A stretch of 64,000 nt of DNA. Source: Lingula anatina. Taxonomy: Eukaryota; Animalia; Brachiopoda. The position numbers and the translations under genes were made by a program. How positions within the stretch are numbered: the stretch's first letter is position 1; each line of letters begins with the position of its first letter. Below the pieces are notes generated by a model. That model did no database searches and was not told the DNA's origin. It saw only the letters and a list, made by a program, of their open reading frames with translations. The stretch covers positions 17,488,848 through 17,552,847 of the forward strand of contig CM120643.1 in the NCBI GenBank assembly GCA_051362555.1. The letters are read 5' to 3'. Of the stretch, positions 23,901 to 36,140 are shown piece by piece.

Positions 23901-26900
23901 AGCTCCCTAAAATACACAGACAAGATCTGAGAGGATAGGGAACAAGCGAAGTATGATTTGGTGAAATGAAGATTTAATTCATAATCTTTTTACAGTCATA
24001 TATAAGTTCATTTTTATCACACTCTTTCCCCCCCCCCCCCCCCCCCCCCCCAGGGGTTTTCACAAAATGTAACTGCACACGTGTTTCAAATATCCAGTAA
24101 GGAAGTACCTTAAATATACAACAGCTATCAATTTTAACAAACACATTATTTTTAATATAAACACCACTTCTTCAAATTAAAATGTGGACCAAAATTACAT
24201 TCAAATTTTGGAAAATTTCAGGGACAGCAAAGCTGCATCTATTTGGTAACATTATTCGTATTAAAAGAAAGAAAGACTGGAATATCAAAACCACCAACAG
24301 AAGAAGAAAATGTTAGTATTTGTTACTTTAAAATGAAAATGCAATGCATAACAAGACAATAATTTGGGCAAAAATTCAGATTTGTTCGAATAACCATTTT
24401 AAGAAAACTGACTGAAATAAAACACCAAAAATAAGCCTTCTCTATTGGACATAAGCTTGATTTAAACTAACAAATGAGTATTTCTCAAATGTTATACATA
24501 AACTACTTTTCTAAATAATCTGTCAAGAAAAATTATATGGTTGACTTTTGACAAATAATTGCAAATTACACACCAATTTGATAAAAACTAGGTCACTTGG
24601 CTTAGCCAGAAGAGCATACAAACAAACACCATTAGCCTCATTTTGAGTTCAGGTAGTACAATTATCTGCCTTAACCAAGTGACCAGACAGAGGCTGATAC
24701 TGTTTCACTTACTTTGATCCAACAGCCTTCTCTTTGCCCTTGGTTGCCACGGAAGCCAGTTTGTTATAGCGATAATTTTCGTAATGAACATTGTTTGTGA
24801 CATCCTTCAAGTCATGGAGATGTGTCCTGCAATTAGGTCAAAGAAGATAATTAGAGCAATGAATGCACTACAGACAAGGCATCATAATGTGTACCAATTC
24901 AACTACTGATAAAATATGAGATGATGGCATTACAAATTTATCAGTGTAGTTACTTATACAAACATATTTAAGAATGTGAACATTATTTGTGTTATGTCGT
25001 GTGACTCCGGCTTGCAACAGCTTCTTTCTGTAATTGTTTATTATAGGCAGAATATTTCAAAATAAAAATTCAAAGTGTAACAACTTCAACTAAATGTATA
25101 CCTAATTTATCTCCCGTTAACTTTATATTTAGTTTTTCTCATTTCATCAACCAACTTTTGCTATTAAAATCTAGAATTTCAAATATCTCTTCTGGATATT
25201 ACATTGTGCAAAATTCAATCAGTCTGATCTAATTTAGTACCTGACCAACATATTTCTCAGGGCCAGGAAGTCATTGTGTTCCAAGTTCTCCACTGAAAAC
25301 AGAAAAAAATGTTAATGTTTTTGTGTCATATTTACTAATGCATGATATATTATACCTTTAACCTGATGAGATGTCCTTTAAAAAAAATTATCCATCTTAC
25401 AAGAAGCCAACAAGAAAAATAAAAGAAGGAACTTAATTGTAAGTATAGTTATTATTGAAGATCAGTATCAGAGAAAGTATCTACATCTTCCCATTGGCTC
25501 TTTCAAAAAAAAAATCATACAAATTATAGAAAATACAAAGTTAAACTGAACATTATGAAGATTTTTACTTCCCATCATCCCATTTTTTGACATCCTGTCA
25601 CATGACCTACCTTCCACAATACCCCATGGGTACTGCCTTGCTCGCACCGTTTTCCCTCCTACGCTTACCAATGTATTGCTGCCCACAACTGCAAATGGAA
25701 CTCGATCCTAAAGAAAAAAAAAATTGAAAGCATTAATCCATCTATCTTTCTTTCACTCTATTTACTTGTTAATTGATATCTCTCAGTCATGATTTTGGGT
25801 TGTGAGAAAAACTAAGAAGAAATGACTCAGTGGCCCTGAACTTGAGGTCATTTAAATCATGTCTCAGTCTGTGACATTACAATTTTTTGGCTATTTTTCC
25901 AGTTACTGACCACTGTCTCTGCTTATGGCTAGTGGGCTAAAAAATGTGCTTGGTACAAAAAGCCAATCATTTGAACACATGCATCTTCATTAATCTATTT
26001 ACTGCACCAAGGAAAGAAATAAGAAAAACCAAATTCCTTGTATGAAATGTCAACGATTTGTTGAAAATATGACCTTTGCCTGAATTATTATTTTTAAGAT
26101 TGGCTGAAACAAGAAAATGTTCAAACTCAGTTTAATCATAAAAACAATTCACAATTATTACCTTGAGTTTTTTCTGCAACTTATTTTCTTCCTCATCGTC
26201 ACATTCTGGGAACTCGTAAATTTTGATCTTGTGCTGAGCAATTTCATTCAGGATCTAAAAGCACAATTAACATTGAAATTGCAATTTATCACTATTTTCA
26301 TTTGTTCATTAATTTTTTCAAACTTCAACAGAGAGTGATGTACACTTTATTTTTACTTGATAGCATTTTTGTACTTCTAACTTTTTAGTAAAATATGCAA
26401 ATACATCACAAAAATGCCTCAATTTAAAATGGAAATTTGACACAGAGAGAGAGGTACATACTGTTTTCTTGAACTCTCTACATTCATCTGGAGTCATTGT
26501 GTCAGCCTTGGCAATCATTGGAATGATGTTTACTTTATCGTGGAGGCGTTTCATGAATTCAACATCTAATGGCTTCAAGCTGAAACACAAGACGCATCAT
26601 TCTTTGTTTAATACCCATAATTATACCACAGGCCAGAAATACTTTATCCTTAATGAAATATTACATGTTTTTTAAAACAGACTAATAGGTGACTGTGATT
26701 ATAAACTTTGGCAAAATACAAACACTGGGCAATCTTTTTTTCTCCCTTCCAACTAGCATAAACATTTCACTTTGATCATGTGTACATTATAGAAGTGCTG
26801 TTACTTAAACTTTGCAGAACCTAAGGCGAAAATTACATAAACTATGAGAAAGTTGAGATTGTTTTAGTCCTGTTCATGATAACCTTTGAAACAACTTGAC

Positions 26901-29427
26901 ACTTTTTGGTTGCTTTTATGGCATGCTTAACACAATATTTCAATTTTACAGTTAAGATTGATAACACATCTTGTTTTACATTCTCAATGTTAACAGTTCT
27001 GTTTTGATCACTTGAAGTACAGAGAGAAAAGTACTCTTTTACTAGACATGATTTGCCTTCTCTTCTTTGTCCTTCCCACTCTAAAAAAAAAGTGGTTTTT
27101 AACAGTCCTTTCTCTCCTCTTTCACTCTTATTTCCCCTCCATCTGTTCCCTCCCTACCTCCCCTTTATCCCCCCCCCCTTTCTCTCTCTCTCTTTTCATC
27201 AACTCACCCATGTCCTGATGGGGTTATAAAATACAGACAGCAGTGCACTCTGTTATCAGGCATGGTTTTTCTATTCACCCTGGATTCCGCATTCAGGTAT
27301 TCTTCATATTTACTGTCTATGTAGTCTGTTACTGGCTGCCAACTGGAAAGATAAACAGTTTTGGATTAGTTTTAACATCCTGATTATTCAAGTATCTTTT
27401 TTCATTTGTGAATGTGAGTATATATGTTTAGGTACTAAACAAGCCAAAGGTTTTGAATTTTCTTGACTACAAATGTTTCTAGTCAAGCTCAAGAACTTCT
27501 GGCAGAGAAAATTTTTGAAAAACAATTTTCAAGCAACTTTTTAGCAGACTACCAGCTTTTGTACTGCACATTCTTTTTCAGCTTTAACCTGATTTGATAC
27601 ACCAAAGATAACTTTGAATAAATAAAATATATAAGAGTATCGACAACAATTAATTCTGGTAAATGGAAGACCTGTGTTACAAACAAAGTGAGTGTAACAA
27701 AGTGCCCCAACAACAGCAAGTATTTCCACCAGGTGTCTTCCTAAGACAAGACAGGACATCCTACTTGGTTTCATTCAAGTCTTAAGTCATACCAGTTACT
27801 GTTGTCCACTGCATCCCCAAACCCAGGGGTGTCCACCACTGTGAGACGTAACTGGACCCCTCCCTCCTTCAGTAGGACCTGCGTTGTCTCAACCTGAAGA
27901 AAAAATAACAAAATTAAATAAAAATAATATTAACAATAATAAAATTCTGTTTTTTTTTTTTCCAGTGTACAATATTGATATAAAGAACAGTCACTTGAAT
28001 TTTCACTGCATCAAGCGTTTGCTCTTCACCATAAATGCTTCTGTTTCAGTTCATTTTGGTAAAAACAATCTTCTAAGGTTCACGCGTTTACAGATTTGTC
28101 TGCTATTCATACAACTCTGCATACCTTTTCTGCACCTTTCACTTATGTACTGTTAGCATTATTGAGACTACTGAGACAATTCTTAAGATTACTGTAAGCA
28201 TTAAGCCCTCCAGTACCTGCACTGTTTTCTTTATCCTGTAGGAGGGCCCTGGGTAGTCTGCGCTGTAGAGGTCTGTGAGGAATAAGGTGTTGATGAGGGT
28301 GGACTTGCCTAAACCAGACTGGCCTGAAAATGTACAAAGACATGATTAAGTTTCACTTTCACTTTCATTTCTCTCATATAAAATGTTTTTGTTTTTTTTT
28401 CCATATCACAATCGATGCTATCGCTACTAAATCACACTAACCTAAAATTAGAAACAGAGACAGATTACGTTCAGGGAGTAGGGATAAATTTTATAAAACA
28501 CTTAAATAATTCAAATTCCTATACTCAGTCTCTATTAGATTGATCCAATGTAATATTTGACATAAACATTTCGAGATGACCCATCCTACTTAAGATAGAG
28601 GTGTGATTTAAGGCACTGATAGATACCAGCCACCAAGAAACTTAAAGTGGAGTTTACGTGCACACGAGCATGCCAGCAAACATAAGTGTGCATGTGATTT
28701 ATTAAATTTTAAATATACATAGGTACTGATATATTAGACCCAATAGTTGCTGACAGACCTTTTATAATGGGAGTATAAACTGATATCTTTCCAGTAAACC
28801 TCCAGACAGGAAGTTAACAATAAAATAAATTGCACCACAAGAACATAGATATCTACAGTACAGAAGACTATCTAAAAAGTACTTCTTGAATTTCTAACCA
28901 AATGGACTCAGTATGATGCCCTGGGTGTGGAAGTGTCACTTACAGTTTTAACAGTGAACATCACAGACCAGTTCACTCAAGAACTCTAGACTGAAAGACA
29001 GTCTCAACTTTTAAAGAAAAATTTAGAGTTGAGTCGGACCTACAGTAACATAAAATTTATGACTTACCTATTTACAAAATAAGAGAGATAAAGAGAGATG
29101 TACTTTTTTCGACTTATAATTAGTGAACCACTGTGGTCTTATCTTGAATTCAACCCAAGTCAACAAAAATTTTCAGTTGAAAAAAAAGTTGAAAAAAATT
29201 TTCAGTTGAAAATTTTCAGTTTCATTATCTTTCATAAAACCCACCAAGGTTAAACCGCTTCCTCTCTCTCTGTACTACACTAGTAATGGTCACACCAAGA
29301 AATGATCTCATTTCTTTTTTCTTTAATGTCAAACTACGAAAAGTATATCTCACCATTTAATCAATTCTACCATTTTCAACATCCCAAATGGCTTGATACA
29401 ATGCCTCCCTCTCTCTTATATATATTA

Positions 29428-29468
<41 letters not shown>

Positions 29469-32400
29469 GGGGGGGGGGTAGAGAAAACAAAAATTTAATG
29501 GGCTTCACATGTACAATGCCTTTTTAATCGCATAAACACAGACCATGGTACAGTCTTTCCACGCCTTCTCTTTTCACACAAACAGTGTGTATTTCACTTC
29601 TAACACCGCCCAAGTAAAATTCATCTTCTTTCTGATATCATTCTATGTGTATCATGTGTCTTTACTTATTCCATGTGAACAACACATCTCAGGTACAAAT
29701 AACACAGTAGTGCCATGGTTTGTGGCAGAAAAAACTACCTCTCAAGTCTCCTAAATAATTCACTGAGGTCAAACTTAATTTTTGTAGGTATCCAATTCAA
29801 ACCAACAGAGGATGTTAAAAGTTGAATCAAAATATATCTTTATACCTGTGCTCCATTTGACCATAAGATTTGCATTTCATATTTTTATAACAAAACTGCT
29901 CATCTACAGAAAATAAAACACCTAATACCATTCTATCCAACAGACAAATACACTGCAATGCCTTGCTCATAAGTTTTCCAATCTTTTCTCTTTCACAAGA
30001 ACCACAAAGAAAAGCATGTTAAGAAAGAAGAAGAAAAAACTTTGATTTCACTTTGCTAACTACAGCGTAATTTACAATGCATTAGAAAGCAATTTTCCCA
30101 CATTAAACCCCTATTACCAGCACATGCTGAAAATGAAGCATACACAGATTTCTATTTCAATAGAGCCCTGTTATAAATCAACTATTCACATGAATCACTG
30201 GGACATTTTTCACAGCAAAATCACAACATTCCAGAGAGTTTCAATTTAGCTCAGCCAAGGTTAAACCAAAGCTTTTTCACCTTTAACACACACACACACT
30301 TGAAAAATTCAGAATTATGTTGGTGGGCACAAGGCTTAAACTGCAAAATATATTTAAAAAATAGTCAAGTGTGCATTTCAGATATGCAGCTGTTACTTGC
30401 AGATTAAGAGCAAAGTCCTTTTGAGCATCTTTTTTTTTGTACAAATTTATCAAGACAAGCTAAGGTGACACACCACAACCAAGCACTTCACGTTCATGCA
30501 ATCTCTGTTCCAACACCACTCATGGCTAACATCTGACCAAAAACAAAACTGGCTCTCAAACAGATATTAGCTATGAAAGCAGCCATTCTTGTAAGAAAAG
30601 CCACAAAATATTGAAGAGAAAACATGCCCCAGGTCTCATATACAGGGCTGCTGCAGTCCTCTATGCCATGCAATGGTGAATCATACATCTGGCGTTATAA
30701 ATCATGAGATACATATTTCACGTATTTTGCATTTCGTCCTTTGTATGGCAGAAGGTTTCCCCATCACCTGGGGCCCCTTTTCACTAAGGAACTTAACACC
30801 AAAAGATGGTCTGGACTATTAAGACCCAAATTCTTTAGTGTAGTTTGACCCAAGACAAACCATCACTAGACCATTTAAATGAAATATTACATGCCTTTTA
30901 TACAATTTTAAGCAAGAAATGGCTACTATTTTAGACAAAGTTATATTGTTTTAGCAGACAAGTAGTCTGAATTTATCCTGAATTGAAAGGAAGTACACCA
31001 AAAATTTTGTTCTGATATCTGTGGTCTTAATTTTTTTAGAAGCAGACCTCAGCGACTGTTTTTCTCCTTATTTTTATATACAGTCCATTCAAGGCTGGTC
31101 AATTAAAGTGTTATTCATTCACCAATCAAAAGATTAGTGTACAATTAACATGTACTACCTTCTATAAAGAACGTACACATCTTTATATCTTTCTTTCTAC
31201 TTCATAGAAAAAAAAAAGAAGAAAAAATACTCCATAAACTTTGCAGAGTGATTCTTAGATGCTGCCAGTCTAAAAACAATAAAATGCACAAAAAACTATA
31301 ATCTAATTCTAGTAGTCCCGCTTGGTTCTTCTGACAATACCTTTCTTAACTGATAATTCAATAAACATTGCCCTAATATAAAAGAATGCAGCCACTGAAC
31401 AAGCATGAAGAAAATCAATCCTGATTTTGCATTGTATATTACTACAATGGTGCCCTTAACAATGAATAAGAAATAATTGAACTCCTTGGATCCACCCCCA
31501 CCTCTATGGCCTCAAATCTGGGCAACTACCAGATGAATAAATAAAGATTTTGTTGAAAACTATGCCTGCTATTCCCACTACAAACTCCTTAAACTGGGAC
31601 TATAATTGATCTGCCATTGCCACTGACTAGGTGCAGAGAACTTCTACCCTTCACTTCCCAATGTATGTACCCCGAGTTTCACAGATTATTAGGAACTAAA
31701 TTCTACTAGATTAGCATGTCTCTGCCATGTATCCACCTTGGGTTTTCAGGTCTTACCAGGACTGGGAAACACTGCACTATTTGCACGCTGCAGCCACAAA
31801 CCCACCCAGAGTTCTAGAGAGAACTGGAAACTAACTTCTACACACCTAATTTCGTTTTACTTGATTAACTCAAAAAAATCTATAAACCAAAAATTTGGGA
31901 TGCCTTGTCTACTGATGCCGCAGCTAGGACCACAATGAAAATAAATATGAGGCTTTTTTTTTTTGCTATCCTCGGACATTTCAGTGATGAATCTTTATCA
32001 ATGAAATATACTTTTGTAATGTTTATTGTGCTTTCATGTTCCAATCCAAATCAATCAAACCAATCTGATGCAAAATTGTCAGAAAGGCCCTACTCTTTGG
32101 TTCCCTTGCTGCTAAAAGCATGGAAAACTTCCAGCATGGCACTCCACCATTTCCAAACATCCACAAACAAGGCAGCAAAGCTGTCAAATGTACAGACAAA
32201 AAGCAGACAATAACAATGCACAAAATAGGCTACTGTCAATTCTGATGCAAAAGTACATTATGCTTAACTGCAAATTCAACATCAAATTTAAATTATTCTC
32301 AACAGGTAATACCAATGTAAGTAAAATGTGTAACAAGCATAAGGCTTCAGGCCCATGGGAGTTCAAGTTCACACTTCGAAAATGCCAGAATGAGAAAAAT

Positions 32401-35400
32401 GAAAATTTCACACAAAACTGCATCAATTCAATAATAAATGATAACCCAATTGAGCTGGCTTTCTAATTTTGAACTGCATGCCAATCCTAAAAATCATACT
32501 TGTAAGTTAAAAATAATAATAAGTAACACAGTTTTCTTTTCATAATGTTTGTAGTAGCAGTGCAAAAAGATTTTTGTCAATTTTGATGTAACATTACATA
32601 ATAAATTACAGAATAATTATCACCAATTTTTGATAATTGAATATAAATAGCATGGACATGTAGAAAATTTGATTACCATTTGGCTTCATATCCATGGGAG
32701 CTTCGAGTCCAACAATGAATATGCCAACATGATAAAAATGAATATTTCACTAAAATGTATAACTTCCAGAAAAAGAAGCCAATTAGACTGCTTTTCCAAC
32801 TCGAGCTGCATTTTAGTCCTGTGTTTCTTTTTTGAAAGTTTGACAATCATAAGTAACATGGTTTTCCCATGATGGTCATCATGGCAGCAGCACTGAAAAT
32901 TGTGTTTTCTTCTATTTTGATGCAATATTACATAACAGCATACTTAAAAGCATAAAGACCATTAGTTTTTAATAATAAAATATACGTATCATGGATTTTC
33001 AGAAAATGTGACTAGCATGGGTCTTCAAGCCCGTGGAGGTTCTAAGTCACACCTTGAAAATGCCAATATGTGAAAAATTAAATTTTCACAAAAAACTGTT
33101 TAACTGCCAGAAAAATTTACCAAAGAGACTGCATTGCTTACTGAAGCTTTTTTTAAGTCCCATGTTTCTTTCCTGTAAGTTTGAGAACAGTAAGTGACAT
33201 GGTTTTCCTTAAATGGTCATCATGGGAGCAGTGCCCAAAATAGGGGTTTCTTCAAATTTTGATGCAACATTACATAATGTTTAACAGCATAATGACCATT
33301 AATGTTTAATAATAAAATATTAGTATCATGGATATTCAGAAAATGTGACTAGCAAAGGTCTTCAGGACCATGGAACTTCAAAGCCACACCTTGAAAATGC
33401 CAATATGTGAAAAATTAAATTTTCACAAAAAACTGTTTAACTGCCAGAAAGAATTACCAAACAGACTGCATTGCATAATGAAACTGTATTTTAGTCCCAT
33501 GTTTCTTTCCTGTAAGTTTGAGAACAGTAAGTGACATGGTTTTCCTTAAATGGTCATCAACAGAGCAGTGTCCAAAATAGGGGTTTCTTCAAATTTTGAT
33601 GCAATATTACATAATGTTTAACAGGATAATAACCATCAATTTTTAATAATAAAATATTAGCATCATGGATATTCAGAAAATGTGACTAGCAAAGGTCTTC
33701 AGGCCCATGGAACTTCAAAGTCACACCTTGAAAATGCCAAAATGTAAACAAGACAGCACTGTCCTGAAATGTGTTTTTTTCCATTTTTAACAATTGTTTA
33801 ACATATAACAAAATTAACAGTTTACTGCCATTTTTATATGATCAACTAAGAAAATTGATGAGATGGGAAAAATATCAATAGAACAGTATTTAATGTCCAA
33901 TTTCCTCCATTCTGAGTTTCTGAACATAGTGAATGAATGAATCTGACAAACTGCAATGATATGAGTTTATTTCCATTTTTGAAACTCTATTATACAATAC
34001 ATGATAACAAGTTTACCATCATTTTTACAAAATCAACTAACAATGTTGTAAAGATGCAGGAAATGTCAAACAAACACTTTTACGTATCTTATCAGTTAAA
34101 TAATGAGACTGTTAACATGCCTAAGAATTAAATCTGAGGAAATGTGAAAAAACAGCATAACTTATGAAATAATGGCCTGATTATGCTGATTTTCGAACTT
34201 GACCTGCGTTTTAGTAAGATTGATTACTCCTGTGAGTTTCATGACAACAGGCCTATCGGTTTTCCTTGAAATGTGTTAACAGTGTTGCATATATGCTGAA
34301 AAGTGAAAAAACAGCATAACTACTAAAATAGTGGCCCGATCATGCCGATTTTCGAACTTGATCTGCGTTTTAGTAAGATTGATTACTCCTGTGAGTTTCA
34401 TGACAACAGGCCTATCAGTTTTCCTTGAAATGTGTTAACAGTGTTGCATATATGCTGAAAAGTGAAAAAACAGCATAAATTCTACAATAATGGCCCGATC
34501 ATGCTGATTTTCGAACTTGACCTGTGTTTTATGAATATTCATCAGCTCTGTAAATATAAAGCCAAAAAGTAAAACTGTCTTCCACTTATGGTGTTAACGC
34601 TGAAAGTGCACGGCGACATGATCGGCGACGGCGACGGCGACGACAGACGCAGGTGATGGCAATATGTACAGACACATCTGTGTCTGTACATAAAAAGTAG
34701 AGATCACTTTTCACCACTAAATCCTAAAGTGCAATCTTCCTTGTTATATTAGTGTTTTTGTTTCTGTTTTTCTAGACATACGACCATGAGGACCACCCCT
34801 CATGGTACATGATCTACTGAGATGACCCCTGGAGGTCACTTGAAACGGGTCAACAAAAGGTCATGTCAGGGTCAGTGGTCGGAATGCAGTCTTACAAGAA
34901 TAAGCAGTAACATGAGATAAATCTTCTACTTTCTTTTCAAATTAGGTTCACCAATCTCTATTAACTTTTCAGTCTTCCTTTCCAAGGTCTATTTCACAAA
35001 GTACAGACTTATTTTTATGCATGCCAGGGGATCCCAAGTCTCCAATTCTTGGCCCTGTACTATATTCATTTGTTACTCTTACTTCAAACCAAGAAGCTTA
35101 TTTCACATTGTGCCTATTGCTATACCTGCCAAGGGCCTTGTTCTCTAGTTACTGGCATCATCAAGTATTCTTTCCCAACTCTCATTTGAAACCAAAAAGG
35201 GCAAGGATTAAATTGGCATGAAGGACTCCACCAGATTTACTGCAAAAACCAATCTTATAGTTATGCAATATTTTTTTGGTCAAGAAGCTTCAATTTCCTC
35301 AAATTCATGGGCTACATAGTTTTTATGTGAGGATACTTGGTATACTTTATTAAGTTATCTTGTTTTGCACTGATGCCTATTTAAACTGAATCAAAAGATA

Positions 35401-35504
35401 GAAAATCTTATTATTGATTTTCATTATGATCATTTGCCAAGCCATGTTCTTGCGAGGAAAATTATCAAGAGGAATCAAAGTTATTGAAACATCAAATAAG
35501 CTCT

Positions 35505-35542
<38 letters not shown>

Positions 35543-36089
35543 CTTTGACACACCTTCTACTTTGACCTATCTTGTGTGCAAAGCATATGTCATCACAACA
35601 ATGTCTAACCACAAGGTAAAATACAGCTATTCATTCAGTTACTGAATTCCTCTAGCAAATGTGTCAGCCCTTAAGGATGCATGAATCACACGGAAAGGCA
35701 TCAGGCTCAGCACTGAGTAATTCCACACAAACCACAGCTGGACCTTATACTGCTGCTTCACATAAATGACCCTAGTTATTATGAACAATCGAATGTGCAA
35801 GTTAAGAACTATCAAAAAATACAAACATTGTAAATCAAGTCATATCTCTTCACCTAAACCCAGTCCACATTAACTTCATTCTCAAAATGTTTTTAAATTT
35901 TATTATGAAATATGTGGAGTGAAAAAATATATTTTTTTGGGGGGAGCACTCCCCTTCAAAACCCTAGCAAAAGACTTATATTCACAACCATGCCTTGTGG
36001 TAGACTATCAAACCAATCAAATCATGAACAACCTCTCAAAACATAAATTATTTGTAATTTGCATTCTTAATTCAACTTTCACCTGTTGT

Positions 36090-36140
<51 letters not shown>

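Noticed and set aside
24028-24051. Poly-C/G tracts (also 2439-2460, 36399-36455, 42640-42685) as functional G-quadruplexes
   Set aside because: Such homopolymers are scattered throughout the window, and nothing singles them out as functional.
32290-34600. CRISPR-like array
   Set aside because: Eukaryotic context; the units are contiguous tandem repeats without unique spacers.
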